DNA of 64,000 nucleotides from Chthoniobacteraceae bacterium (GCA_037190965.1 JBBCKI010000030.1:64001-128000); one strand, 5' to 3'. Counted from the stretch's first letter, positions 27,133 through 37,133 are shown. Numbers and translations are program-made. Notes: generated by a model not told the origin, from the letters alone.

Positions 27133-29028
27133 CTAGTCCAAGACCACCTGCTGCCCGGCACGGACAGCCTCGATCACTTCGTCCGGCTCGGTGGCCTTCC
27201 GCAGTCGCTCGGTGACGTATTCGCTCTCGATGATGCCGACGATATCGGCCAGCAATCGGGGCTGGATTCGCGCCATCCCTATCGGCGTGAGAAGGAGGAA
27301 GATCAGTTCAACGCGATCGCTGCTATCCAGCATCGGCACCCCTTCGTCGGAGCGCGCGAAGATGAGCACCGGCTGCTCGATGCCGTCAAGGCGGCAGTGC
27401 GGGATCGCGAGGCCGCTGCCGAGATAGGTATTCATTACCTGCTCGCGCTGGCGCACCGCCTGGACAATCTTACGAGGATCGCCCGGGAGGCTTTGTCGCG
27501 GGATCTGGCTGATGATCGTCTCGATGGCCTCGTTCATGGAGCGCGCGCTAAGCTCGAAAATCACCCGCTCGGGTGTCAGCGCGTCGGCCAATGATACGAA
27601 CTGCCCGCTGCGGGCGACGTCGAATTCGTCGCCGATCTTGCCCACCAGCTCTTCCAGAACGTCTTCAATCGTGATGATACCGGTCCACTCGCCCTGCGCG
27701 TTGGAGACGATCGCCATCTGGTTGAAGGCGCTCTGGAACTTGGTCAATGCTTCCTCCAGCGGGAGGTCTTCGCGCATCTCCAAAGAGGGCCGGGCAATCT
27801 CCGCAATGACGGCGTTGGAAACCGGCGACGCTTTATCCCAGAGCACGATGTCCTTGAGGTGCAACACGCGCGTGGGCCGTGTCTCGCCATTTTCCACCAT
27901 CGGGTAACGGGAGAACCGCGTTTCCCGCAGCAACTTGAGGTTTTCCTCCCACGGCAGGTCCATGTGCACCACGCGCACGCCACTGCGCATTCGCATGGCG
28001 TCGCGCACGGTCAGATCGGCCATGTCGACGATGTTTTCGATCAGCAACAACCGCCGGAACGGCATGAGGCCGAGCCGCTGAGGCCGCTCGAACATGGTCT
28101 TCAAATCCGCCCGGCGCGGACGCAGCAGCGAAACAATCACGCAGAGCAGAAGGATCACCATGATCAACACCAGCGAGACCGCCACGGGGACCTTATAGAA
28201 CTCCGAGAGGAGCATCTTGATGCCAAGGATCAGGATGATCGAGGCGAAGCCATAATGCAGCAGGTGGAACATCCGCATGAACCCGGCGACGCCGAAATAC
28301 AGGGCGCGCAAACCGAGCATGGCGAAGATGTTCGAGGTGTAGACGATGAACGGATCTGACGTGATCGAGAAGATCGCCGGAATGGAATCGACGGCGAAAA
28401 TGATGTCCGACGACTCCACCGCGAGGAGAACGAGGAGGAGCGGAGTGGCCAGGCGTTTCCCGTCAACCCGGGTGAAGAAACGGTTGCCGTCGTACCGGGT
28501 GGCAACCGGAAAGTGACGGCGAAAGAAGCGGATCAGCCAGCTCTGCTCCGGGTCAAAATCGACATCCTTCTTGTACAACATGCCGATGCCGGTAATCAGC
28601 AGGAACCCGCCGAAGAGATAAATCATCCAGTGGAACCGCTCCAGCAGGGACAGCCCCGCGACGATGAAAATGATCCGCAAAAAAATCGCGCCGACGATCC
28701 CCCAGAACAGCACCTTGTGCTGATAAGGCTGCGGGACGCGGAAGAAATTGAAGATGAGGATGAAGACGAAGATGTTGTCGACGCTCAGCGACTTCTCGAC
28801 AATGAACCCCGTAAAGAACTCCAGCCCGGCCGTCGTCCCCCGCTCATGGAACAGAATGATGCCGACATTGAAAAGGAGGGCAAGGCCGGTCCATACGCCG
28901 AACCAGACCATCGCCTCCTTCATGGTGATGGTGTGAGATTTCCTCTGGAAGACGCCCAGATCGAGCGCCAGCATGCCAAAGATGAAAAGGGTGAACCCGA
29001 CCCAAAGGGGCCATTGTTCGGTAATCAT
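27133..29028 (-). CDS. TerC/Alx family membrane protein fused to a CBS pair and a PTS EIIA domain
   Basis: EKSLSVDNIFVF and DIIFAVDSIPA (TerC); FSRYPMV..GIITIEDVLEELVG (CBS); REQVMNTYLGSGLAIPHCR (EIIA). Confidence 0.9.
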   Translation of the reverse strand: MITEQWPLWVGFTLFIFGMLALDLGVFQRKSHTITMKEAMVWFGVWTGLALLFNVGIILFHERGTTAGLEFFTGFIVEKSLSVDNIFVFILIFNFFRVPQPYQHKVLFWGIVGAIFLRIIFIVAGLSLLERFHWMIYLFGGFLLITGIGMLYKKDVDFDPEQSWLIRFFRRHFPVATRYDGNRFFTRVDGKRLATPLLLVLLAVESSDIIFAVDSIPAIFSITSDPFIVYTSNIFAMLGLRALYFGVAGFMRMFHLLHYGFASIILILGIKMLLSEFYKVPVAVSLVLIMVILLLCVIVSLLRPRRADLKTMFERPQRLGLMPFRRLLLIENIVDMADLTVRDAMRMRSGVRVVHMDLPWEENLKLLRETRFSRYPMVENGETRPTRVLHLKDIVLWDKASPVSNAVIAEIARPSLEMREDLPLEEALTKFQSAFNQMAIVSNAQGEWTGIITIEDVLEELVGKIGDEFDVARSGQFVSLADALTPERVIFELSARSMNEAIETIISQIPRQSLPGDPRKIVQAVRQREQVMNTYLGSGLAIPHCRLDGIEQPVLIFARSDEGVPMLDSSDRVELIFLLLTPIGMARIQPRLLADIVGIIESEYVTERLRKATEPDEVIEAVRAGQQVVLD

Positions 29029-29103
29029 AGATAATGATTTGCGGGCTGAAAGAGGCAGCCTACGGGAACACCGCAGGCCTTTCAATCATTGCGTGGCCCG
29101 TCG

Positions 29104-29799
29104 TTATTCCTCGTCACGCCCGCCCATCAGCAGGGGCAGGAGATGCCAGAGCATGTAGGCAAACGAGGTGATGAAGGCCGCCACATAGGTCCAGGCGGCA
29201 GCGTCGAGGACCTTGCGCACGGCGGTCATCTGGTCGGGGGTGGCCACATGCCCCATTCCCCCGAGTATCTGCTTGGCGCGGCGCGAGGCATCGAATTCCA
29301 CCGGCAATGTGATGAGATTGAAGAGCATGATAACGCCCCAGGCGGCCGCCATGATCATTGCGCCCGTCCACATCTGGATAATTCCGGTAAACATGCCGAT
29401 GAGCGGCAGCCAGAGCACCACCTGGTTGGCATAGGTCGTCACGCCCACCGAAGCCATGCGCCAGCGGAGCGGAGCAAAGGCAATTTTATCCTGAATGGCA
29501 TGGCCGCACTCGTGGGCGGCAACACCCAGCGCGGCACAGGAAGTGCCATGATAATTTTGCGACGAAAGAACCAGCCGTTTGTTGATCGGGTCGTAGTGGT
29601 CGCCAAGCATCTCGTCGTGCTCCACAATATCGACGTTATGGATGCCCGCGCGGTCGAGAATCTGCGCGGCCACCTCGGCGCCCGTCTCTCCGGAGGCGGC
29701 GGGCACTTCGCTATAGCGAGCGTACGCTGCCTTCACCCGCCACGTGGCCAGGAGCGAAAGGAGCATGGTGCCGACAAAGAGAAAAATGGGTAGGATCAT
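29104..29799 (-). CDS. Membrane zinc metallopeptidase, YugP/Zn_peptidase_2 family
   Basis: LGDHYDP, VAAHECGHAIQ (HExxH), TLPVEFDASRRA, AAAWTYVAA. Confidence 0.93.
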   Translation of the reverse strand: MILPIFLFVGTMLLSLLATWRVKAAYARYSEVPAASGETGAEVAAQILDRAGIHNVDIVEHDEMLGDHYDPINKRLVLSSQNYHGTSCAALGVAAHECGHAIQDKIAFAPLRWRMASVGVTTYANQVVLWLPLIGMFTGIIQMWTGAMIMAAAWGVIMLFNLITLPVEFDASRRAKQILGGMGHVATPDQMTAVRKVLDAAAWTYVAAFITSFAYMLWHLLPLLMGGRDEE

Positions 29800-30770
29800 A
29801 TCGCTAGAAGAAGTTCTAACGAATCAGTTAGCACCACCGGAAAAAGTGACAACTCGGCCACCGCCGACTTGGCTTTGCCGGAGAGTTTTTTGAGCCGGGC
29901 GTAAACGTTGCTGCGGCGGCGGCGCACCATTTCCCGGGGCAGTTCACTCACGGAATGGAGTGACTCCTTCAACTTGCCCATCGCCCGCTCGCCGATCTTG
30001 CGGATCCACTCGCGGCTTTTGCCGAAGCGTTGCGCCATGGCTCGGTACGACTCGGGCTCTTCATCAAAAAAGCCGAAGCGAAGCCCCAGAATCCGGAGTT
30101 CCGTGTCATCGAGCCCCTGAAGACAGGCGGCGATTTCCTCCAGCAACTCCTCGCGGGAAAGCTGCTCCAGAGGGTGCTCCGTTTCGCTCGCGGCTTTTCC
30201 GGCCAGGGCCCGCTCGAAATCGTCGGCGGTCTCGAAGCCGGTTACGGAAATCCGGTCGGCGGCGATGGAGGCAAGATCGTCCTCGGGAATGCCAATGCGT
30301 TCCGCGAGTTCGGAAAGCTCGGCATCGCGGCCCAACTCCGTATTCAAACCCTCATGCAGCCGCGCCAGTTTGCGGAGCCGTTGGGAGCGCCAAACGGGGA
30401 TGCGAACGACGCGCGCCTGCGCGGTGATGGCCCGGTGCATCCGTTGTTTGATCCAAACGCCCGCATAGGTGGAGAAATCGACACCGAACTTCGGATTGAA
30501 AAGCTCCGCCGCACGAAGCAGGCCGATATTCCCTTCCGAAATGAGATCAGCCAGCGGCAGTCCATAACCGCCATACTGGCAGGCGATTTTGACCACAAGC
30601 TGGAGATGAACCAGCACCAGTCTTTCGCGCGACTCGACGCAACCGCCGGCGGCGGCGGTGTAGATGGCGGCAGCTTCGGTTTCCGAAAGCGGAGCGATCC
30701 CGGCAAGTTCGGCCAGGTACGGCTCCAGCCCTTCGGCGTGAGGTGAGCGGAATGAGGTTGTTGCAGGCAC
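29796..30770 (-). CDS. sigma70-family RNA polymerase sigma factor (alternative; regions 1.2-4)
   Basis: DLISEGNIGLLRAAELFNP..FSTYAGVWIKQ..RVVRIP; region 4 ILGLRFG..SREWIRKI; GTG start. Confidence 0.9.
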   Translation of the reverse strand: MPATTSFRSPHAEGLEPYLAELAGIAPLSETEAAAIYTAAAGGCVESRERLVLVHLQLVVKIACQYGGYGLPLADLISEGNIGLLRAAELFNPKFGVDFSTYAGVWIKQRMHRAITAQARVVRIPVWRSQRLRKLARLHEGLNTELGRDAELSELAERIGIPEDDLASIAADRISVTGFETADDFERALAGKAASETEHPLEQLSREELLEEIAACLQGLDDTELRILGLRFGFFDEEPESYRAMAQRFGKSREWIRKIGERAMGKLKESLHSVSELPREMVRRRRSNVYARLKKLSGKAKSAVAELSLFPVVLTDSLELLLAI

Positions 30771-30779
30771 TAAGAAAAA

Positions 30780-31664
30780 CTAACTGGGACGGGAACGGGA
30801 ACGTGATTGCGGACTTCCGCCTTCGCGTTTGGGGCGAAAGGGGCGGCGTGGTTTTGCGGTTTCGGAGGGCTTTCGGGCCTTAGGAGCGCTGAAGCGTCTG
30901 GCTCCCGGCGCTTTTCCCTCTTTCGGGACGTTCTTCGGCTGCGGGCGATGGATCTCCTTCTCCTCCGGCACGGTTCCGGCGCGGAGCAGCGCTTCGATCT
31001 CGCGGCGTGTGAGCACGCGGCACGTCCCGATCGGCATTTCCCCAATCTGGATTGGGCCGATGCGGGTGCGAGTGAGCTTGATGACCTCGTACCCAAGCTC
31101 ATGGAACATGAGCCGGATCTGCCGCTTGAGCCCCTGCCGGAGCACGACCTTGATCTTGTTGTTGGCGAGCTTATGAGCCGACTCCGCCTTGGCCCACCCT
31201 TCCGGGGTGTTGATGCCGTGCAGAAGTTTGGGCGACAGCGAGAAGTCGAAGGCCTTGTCGACGACCACCTCGTACTCCTTCTCCACCTTGTAGCGCGGGT
31301 GCGTCAGCTTGAGCGAAAGGTCGCCGTCATTGGTCAAAATGAGCAGCCCTTCGCTCTCCTTATCGAGACGGCCGACATGAAAGAGCCTCGGATAGTTCGG
31401 CGGCAGGAGATCAAAAATCGTGCGGCGACCGTGGGTGTCGGAGGCGGTGCAGACGAACCCCGGCGGCTTGTAAAGCAAGAGCGTCACCTCATGGGCGGCA
31501 TGCATCACCTTATTGCCCACTTTCACCACGTCCTCAGGCGTCACCTGGGTGGCGAGATTGGAGCACAGCACGCCGTTGATCGTCACCTGTCCGGTGCGGA
31601 TCAACTCTTCACAGCTCCGGCGGGAGCCCTGCCCGGCGGCAGCCAAAAAACGGTTCAGTCGCAT
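30780..31664 (-). CDS. RsuA/RluB-family pseudouridine synthase
   Basis: S4 domain [35 protein letters not shown]; basic C-terminal tail. Confidence 0.93.
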   Translation of the reverse strand: MRLNRFLAAAGQGSRRSCEELIRTGQVTINGVLCSNLATQVTPEDVVKVGNKVMHAAHEVTLLLYKPPGFVCTASDTHGRRTIFDLLPPNYPRLFHVGRLDKESEGLLILTNDGDLSLKLTHPRYKVEKEYEVVVDKAFDFSLSPKLLHGINTPEGWAKAESAHKLANNKIKVVLRQGLKRQIRLMFHELGYEVIKLTRTRIGPIQIGEMPIGTCRVLTRREIEALLRAGTVPEEKEIHRPQPKNVPKEGKAPGARRFSAPKARKPSETAKPRRPFRPKREGGSPQSRSRSRPS

Positions 31665-31853
31665 TTCCAAGACGTTCGATGGTTATCCGGGGAATGTCGA
31701 GAGCGCGTTACGAATTGCGAATTACAGCGTTTCTAGAAAAATAATAAGAGACGCTCTACCCCCTCGGGGAATCCCGCATCTGAAGCCCCACAACGGCAAA
31801 CCATTTGACCCGGTGGATTAAAACATTATTTTCAACGCACTTTTTCACAAAAA

Positions 31854-32501
31854 ATGGCGAAACAGGAAATTCCACGCAAAGCGGTCTACCGACTCTCGCT
31901 CTACCTGCGCGTGCTCCATCAGTTGAACCGCAATGAAATCGAAACGGTCTCCTCCGACGCGCTCGCAAAGGCGGCGGGGGTCAAACCGACCCAACTCCGC
32001 AAAGACCTGGGCTATTTCGGACAACTCGGCACCCGCGGGCTTGGATACAATGTGGATCTCCTTACCGCCAAACTGACGGAGGTGCTGGGGGCCGCGCGGC
32101 TGCAACCGGTGGTGCTCGTCGGCGTGGGACATCTCGGGGCGGCGTTGGTTCGCTATCGCGGTTTCCAGAAGGAAGGATTCGAAATCCTCGCCGGGTTCGA
32201 CATGGATGCGGGCCGCAAACGGGCCGCCGACCTGGGGTTGGAGGTCTTTCCCATGACGCGGCTCGACGAATTTGTAAGAGACCGGCAGGTGAAACTCGCG
32301 ATTTTGACCGTACCGGTCACGGTGGCGCAGGAAGTCGCCAACGGATTGGTGCAGGCGGGCATTCGCGCGATTCTGAATTTCGCCCCCACGATTCTTCAGG
32401 TGCCCGACGGGGTGGTGGTCAACAACGTCGATCTCGCCATCGAACTGGAAAACCTGAGTTACTTTATTCCGAATTCCGATGAAGCGGTTCTCCCTGGTTG
32501 A
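31854..32501 (+). CDS. rex: Redox-sensing transcriptional repressor Rex
   Basis: IPRKAVYRLSLYLR, QLRKDLGYFGQLGTRGLGYNV, VGVGHLGAAL, ILNFAP. Confidence 0.96.
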   Translation: MAKQEIPRKAVYRLSLYLRVLHQLNRNEIETVSSDALAKAAGVKPTQLRKDLGYFGQLGTRGLGYNVDLLTAKLTEVLGAARLQPVVLVGVGHLGAALVRYRGFQKEGFEILAGFDMDAGRKRAADLGLEVFPMTRLDEFVRDRQVKLAILTVPVTVAQEVANGLVQAGIRAILNFAPTILQVPDGVVVNNVDLAIELENLSYFIPNSDEAVLPG

Positions 32502-33330
32502 CGCGACGGTGTTCGACCTGCAACGGACGCTGGAGAGCGGGCAGGTCTTCCAATGGGTTCCCGAGGGAGCCGGTTTTGCCGGGGTCATCGGCTCGACGCC
32601 AGTTTATGTGGAACAAGCGGGCTCGCAACTGAAGGTGACACGGGGCGCCGAGGCCCTGGTGACGCGGTATTTCGCGCTCGATCACCCGCTGGAGACCATT
32701 TATGCGACATTCCCGAACGACCCCGCGATGGCGGAGGCCTTGGCTGCGTGCCGGGGGGTGCGGATCATCCGGCAGCCGCTTTGGGAATGCCTCGGGACGT
32801 TTATCACTTCTTCGATGAAGCAGGTGAAGCATATCCAGCAGATGTCGCACGCGCTTCGGCGGCGGTTTGGCGAGCCTGTCGGCGGCGGCTTTTTCGCTTA
32901 TCCCACGCCGGAACAACTGGCGGCGGCCAATGAGGAGGCGTTGCGTGACTGCGGCCTCGGCTTCCGCGCCAAGAGCCTTCTCGGCACCGCTCGCGCCGTG
33001 GCTGAGGGGGAGGCCGATCTGGAAGCGATTCGCGACCTGCCCGACGACGCCGCGCTTGCGGAGCTTTGCCGCCTGCCGGGGGTTGGCCCGAAAATCGCCA
33101 ATTGCGTGCTGCTCTTCGCCTATGAACGGGTAAAGGCATTTCCCATCGATGTCTGGATCGAACGCGTCCTGCGCCATCATTATTTTCGCCGCAAGCGCGC
33201 CGTGACGCCCCGGCGGCTCGCGGAATTCAGCGCGACCTATTTCGGTCCCTACGGCGGCTACGCGCAGCAGTATCTTTTTCACCACGCGCGCAATCTCCCG
33301 CGCTCTGTCTGGAAACAGTCCCGCCCATGA
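32479..33330 (+). CDS. 8-oxoguanine DNA glycosylase/AP lyase (OGG1 type)
   Basis: DLQRTLESGQVF, GLGFRAK, LPGVGPKIANCVLLF..AFPIDVW, GGYAQQYLF. Confidence 0.9.
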   Translation: MKRFSLVDATVFDLQRTLESGQVFQWVPEGAGFAGVIGSTPVYVEQAGSQLKVTRGAEALVTRYFALDHPLETIYATFPNDPAMAEALAACRGVRIIRQPLWECLGTFITSSMKQVKHIQQMSHALRRRFGEPVGGGFFAYPTPEQLAAANEEALRDCGLGFRAKSLLGTARAVAEGEADLEAIRDLPDDAALAELCRLPGVGPKIANCVLLFAYERVKAFPIDVWIERVLRHHYFRRKRAVTPRRLAEFSATYFGPYGGYAQQYLFHHARNLPRSVWKQSRP

Positions 33331-34043
33331 TCATCGACGCCATTCTCTCCCCGCCGGAAATCGACCTGCTCCCCGGCAAAGACCTGACGCAAACCGTCTG
33401 CGTCGTTTTTGACGTGCTGCGTGCGACCTCCTCCATCGTCACGGCGCTGGCGCATGGGACCGAAGAGATTCGCCCCGTGTTGACGATCAAGGAGGCGCTG
33501 GCGGAACGGGAACGCTGGCCGAAGTCCATCCTTGGCGGCGAACGGCACGGCGAACGGATCGACGGGTTCGACCTCGGCAACTCGCCCATGGAATATTGCC
33601 GCCCTGGCTTGCGCCGGATCATCACCACGACCACCAACGGCACCGTCGCGCTCCGGGCCTGCGCCGGAGCCGGGGAGGTGATCGCGGGAGCGTTGCTCAA
33701 TCTCGGCGCGCTGGAAAATGAATTGCGCCGCAGACAGCCTGAGCGAATTGCGCTCGTATGCGCCGGGACGGGACGGGATCTCGCGCTGGAAGATGTGCTG
33801 GCGGCAGGGATGCTGGCTGCCGCGCTGCCCGAAGCGGACCGGACGGACGCAGCCCGGACAGCGGTAGCGCTCTATGAAAAACATGCCGCCGATCTCCTGG
33901 CCGCGCTGCGTCAATCCGCCAATGGGCGGGTGCTCGTCGAACGCGGACGCGAGGATGACGTCGCATGGTGCGCGGAGGTGTCGAAGTTTCCGGTCATCGG
34001 AGTGATGCGCGACGGGGTGATCTCGGCGCGGTCCCTAGAATAG
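33327..34043 (+). CDS. comB: 2-phosphosulfolactate phosphatase (ComB family)
   Basis: VVFDVLRATSSI, GGERHG..FDLGNSP, TTTNGT, ALEDVLAAG. Confidence 0.92.
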   Translation: MIIDAILSPPEIDLLPGKDLTQTVCVVFDVLRATSSIVTALAHGTEEIRPVLTIKEALAERERWPKSILGGERHGERIDGFDLGNSPMEYCRPGLRRIITTTTNGTVALRACAGAGEVIAGALLNLGALENELRRRQPERIALVCAGTGRDLALEDVLAAGMLAAALPEADRTDAARTAVALYEKHAADLLAALRQSANGRVLVERGREDDVAWCAEVSKFPVIGVMRDGVISARSLE

Positions 34044-34060
34044 CCCCGGAGGGTGGTGCG

Positions 34061-34330
34061 AGCCCGTCCTGCGGGGATGGACGCCGAACGCGACTCCCCA
34101 TCCACTCCCGCGCTCGACGGCGCGAGCGGTCTACCCGTCTTCCAGATCGGACGCTTTGCCAACCGAGAGGGTTCGCGCCAAGGGTGCCAGGCCCGCCAAG
34201 GTTACAAGATTCTGAAACTTGGAGAGCTTGGCGTCCTTGGCGCGAGGCAAAAGCCTTTCCTTCAAAATTGGTGCGGCAGCGCCGGTAGTCCGCTCGCGCC
34301 GTCGAGCGCGGGTATTGGCACCCGTGGCTC
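34061..34330 (+). repeat. Mosaic repeat cluster: family 1 right half, family 2 hairpin, family 1 left half
   Basis: 34061-34135 ends in GAGCGGTCTACC. 34173-34245 is a (CGCCAAG)-type inverted repeat. 34269-34330 starts TGGTGCGGCAGCGCCGGTAG. Confidence 0.8.
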
Positions 34331-34437
34331 ACTAAGGCCCCCGCAATCGACAGCCTTCCTGCAAACAACCCGAACCATTCCCCGCGAATTGTCGTTTGCG
34401 TCGAAGGCCGGGCCTCCGTAGCATCCCGTGAGTTTTC

Positions 34438-35250
34438 ATGCTGCCCTCCCGCCGAGTTGTTATTGCGTTTGCCGTCTCGCTGTTCCTGCATGGGGTTATT
34501 TTCTCCGTGCTGGCGCTAACGTCGCAGATCGCACCGGCCACGCCCCGGCAGCAGGAAGAGATCGCCGACGAACCGCTTGAGGTTGTTTTCCAGGCCGCAC
34601 CTCCGGAACGGGCGGTCGAAAAAATGGCGTTTCGCGTGGAGGAGAAAGAGAAGGAGGCGCAGCCGCTCGCGATGCAAATGGAGATCGCCGTTGAGAGGAC
34701 GCAACTCGACCCGGATCATCTCAAAAAATCGGAGAAAGCCCCGGAAAACGCGGAGTTCCTTGCCTCCCATCACTCCCTACCCGGCAAGGCGGCCAAGCCA
34801 CAAGTTACTGCCGCTTTGCCACGGCCCACGCCCGTCTCTCCCGGGCAGGCCCCCTCATTCCGCACCGCCCTCCCGGTGCCTTCCACGGAGGCCGCACCCC
34901 CGCAGGAAAATAAAAGCGAAGGCGAAGAGGAAGAAGGAGGCGTGGCGGCCATCGGCGCGTGGAAAAAAGCCGTGGCCAACGCCATCGGTTCGCGATGGGA
35001 TCAGTTCCGCAAATCAAAATTGGATTTGCTGGCCGTAGGGAGTGTGCGTATGAAGTTCGCGATTGACGAACACGGGCGCGCAACCGATGTGCGGATCGCC
35101 TCCAATACGGCGGGCCCGGCCAACGCCTCCTACGCCGCGCGCTCGATTGCCGAGGCGGAGATCCCGCCAATTCCGCCGGAGCGACTTGCCCGATTGCCCG
35201 GTGGCCGCGTTGAAGTAGAGTTCACCTTCACCATTTACCCTGCCCATTAA
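34438..35250 (+). CDS. TonB/TolA-like energy transducer
   Basis: N-terminal anchor SLFLHG, Pro/Glu-rich linker, C-terminal TonB_C-like domain; upstream of exbB/exbD. Confidence 0.75.
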   Translation: MLPSRRVVIAFAVSLFLHGVIFSVLALTSQIAPATPRQQEEIADEPLEVVFQAAPPERAVEKMAFRVEEKEKEAQPLAMQMEIAVERTQLDPDHLKKSEKAPENAEFLASHHSLPGKAAKPQVTAALPRPTPVSPGQAPSFRTALPVPSTEAAPPQENKSEGEEEEGGVAAIGAWKKAVANAIGSRWDQFRKSKLDLLAVGSVRMKFAIDEHGRATDVRIASNTAGPANASYAARSIAEAEIPPIPPERLARLPGGRVEVEFTFTIYPAH

Positions 35251-35284
35251 GAAACTCATCAAAGCCCAAGCTCCCTAAAACCTC

Positions 35285-35995
35285 ATGTTTGTCGCCTTTT
35301 CCTTTTCCGGTTTTCTGCTGCATGGCGGGTTCTTCATGTACCTGCTGCTGATCTGTTCCGTGGTGTCGGTGGCTACGATGATTCTGCGAGGGTGGGCGCT
35401 ACGGCGCGACACGGTGATCCCGCCCGCGATCCTCGGCGAGATTGAGGCGCTTCCCCCCGGCGAAAGCAAACGCTCGCTGACCCGGCTTACGCAGTTGGTG
35501 GAGAATGATCCCTCCCCGCTCGGGAATGTCGTTCAAATCTGCCTCAAACACATCGAATGGCCGCGCAGCGAGAACGTGGAGGCCGTCCAGACCCGCGCCC
35601 GTGCGGAGGTGATCCGGATGGAAGCCGGGCTGGTGGTGCTTGAAGTCATCGTCGGCATCGCCCCGCTTCTCGGCCTGCTGGGCGCGGTTTCGGGGTTGGT
35701 GACGGTTTTCGGCAATCTCGGCGCGAGTGAAACCGTCTCGGACCCGCGCGGGATGGCCGCAGGCATCTCGGAGGCGCTCAACACGACGATCGCCGGGCTG
35801 GCCATCGCGATCCCGAGCTTGATCGCGCACTCCTATTACTCAAAAAAGGTGGAGACGATGAGCGCGCAGATGGAGTCGATTTTAAGCGAACTGCTCGCCA
35901 AGTGCTACTCGCGCAAGAGCCGCCTGGGACCGGGACGCGCCTCGATCGCTCTTCCCTCCGATGATGAACCCGTCGGCCCGCTGCCGAAGTTCTAG
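35285..35995 (+). CDS. MotA/TolQ/ExbB proton channel protein
   Basis: IAPLLGLLGAVSGL, GISEALNTTIAGLAIAIP. Confidence 0.93.
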   Translation: MFVAFSFSGFLLHGGFFMYLLLICSVVSVATMILRGWALRRDTVIPPAILGEIEALPPGESKRSLTRLTQLVENDPSPLGNVVQICLKHIEWPRSENVEAVQTRARAEVIRMEAGLVVLEVIVGIAPLLGLLGAVSGLVTVFGNLGASETVSDPRGMAAGISEALNTTIAGLAIAIPSLIAHSYYSKKVETMSAQMESILSELLAKCYSRKSRLGPGRASIALPSDDEPVGPLPKF

Positions 35996-36003
35996 AGATC
36001 TAG

Positions 36004-36426
36004 ATGAAATTTTACACGCGCAAACGCCGGACACCTGCGGTCATCATCGTCGCGTTGATCGATATTTTCGCGATCCTGCTCATTTTCGTGATCGTCACCA
36101 CGACCTTCAAACGCGCCCAGCCCGCCGTGGTCATCAGGCTGCCGGAATCTTCCAATGCGGAACCGGCTCCCGAAACCAAAGCCACGGAGGCGGCGGTGGT
36201 TTCCGTCTCCGAAAAAGGGGTCATCTTTCTGGATGCCCGCGAAGTGGCGTCGGAGAACCTGACGGCGGCGCTCCGGGAAGTGGTGGCGGCAAAGCGAACG
36301 CTGGCGCTTGAAGCCGATACGAACGCCCCCTTCGGCGTCGTGATTCGTGTAATGGATTCATTGAAAGAAGCCGGGGTTAAGGGTAACTTGCCCGCGTTTA
36401 CCGAAATCAGAAAGAAAGGTCTTTAA
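36004..36426 (+). CDS. ExbD/TolR family protein
   Basis: ALIDIFAILLIFVIVTTTF, LEADTNAPFGVVIRVMD. Confidence 0.92.
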   Translation: MKFYTRKRRTPAVIIVALIDIFAILLIFVIVTTTFKRAQPAVVIRLPESSNAEPAPETKATEAAVVSVSEKGVIFLDAREVASENLTAALREVVAAKRTLALEADTNAPFGVVIRVMDSLKEAGVKGNLPAFTEIRKKGL

Positions 36427-36429
36427 CCT

Positions 36430-36978
36430 GTGGAGATTGTACAATACGGCGACCCGGTTCTCCGGGCCAAGGGGGCTCGCATCGAAACGATTACCGACGA
36501 TATCCGGAATCTGGCGGACGCCATGATCGGAACGATGCGCAAGGCCAATGGCGTGGGCCTGGCCGCGCAGCAGGTCGGCTACGCCCTGCAACTGACCGTC
36601 ATCGACGTGGCCGGAGTGGAAGACCGCCCCAGCACCATGAAGATCGGCGGCGAAGAGGTGAACATCGAGGAATGGAGCCCGATGGTGCTCCTGAATCCCG
36701 TGCTGGAACTGGGGACCGAAAAGGAACTCGGCGCGGAAGGATGCCTTAGTTTTCCGAACATTGTCTCCGACGTGCAACGGGCCGCCACCGTGAAGGCGAA
36801 GGCCCTCCTGATCGATGGCCGCGAGGTGGAGTTTGAAGCAACGGGCCTGCTCGCACGCGCGCTCCAGCACGAGGTCGATCACCTCAACGGCGTTCTGTTC
36901 ATCGACCGGATGAACTCCGCCGCGAAAGCCAGCATCGGCGGGAAGCTCCGGCGGATGCAGAAGAAGCAGTCGCGGTAG
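36430..36978 (+). CDS. def: Peptide deformylase
   Basis: GVGLAAQQ, EGCLS, QHEVDHLNG. Confidence 0.97.
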   Translation: MEIVQYGDPVLRAKGARIETITDDIRNLADAMIGTMRKANGVGLAAQQVGYALQLTVIDVAGVEDRPSTMKIGGEEVNIEEWSPMVLLNPVLELGTEKELGAEGCLSFPNIVSDVQRAATVKAKALLIDGREVEFEATGLLARALQHEVDHLNGVLFIDRMNSAAKASIGGKLRRMQKKQSR

Positions 36979-37003
36979 CTCGCACCAAGCGCATAGGAAT
37001 TTT

Positions 37004-37105
37004 CTCGCGCCAAGATCGCCAAGGCCGCAAAGAAGGAATTTGGTGCGGCAGCACCGGCCTGTATTCCAAATCGGCAGCTTGGCGTTCCTGGCGTCCTTGG
37101 TGCGA
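37004..37105. repeat. Family 2 palindromic repeat with a nested family 1 stub
   Basis: CTCGCGCCAAG-AT-CGCCAAG-GC-CGCAAAG ... CTTGGCG-TT-CCTGGCG-TC-CTTGGTGCGA; TGGTGCGGCAGCACCGG lies in the loop. Confidence 0.78.
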
Positions 37106-37133
37106 AATCATCCGGGCCTTCGGTGTTTAGCCG

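Noticed and set aside
29029..29103. yybP-ykoY Mn riboswitch upstream of the TerC gene
   Set aside because: The 75-nt gap is too short and lacks the conserved motifs.
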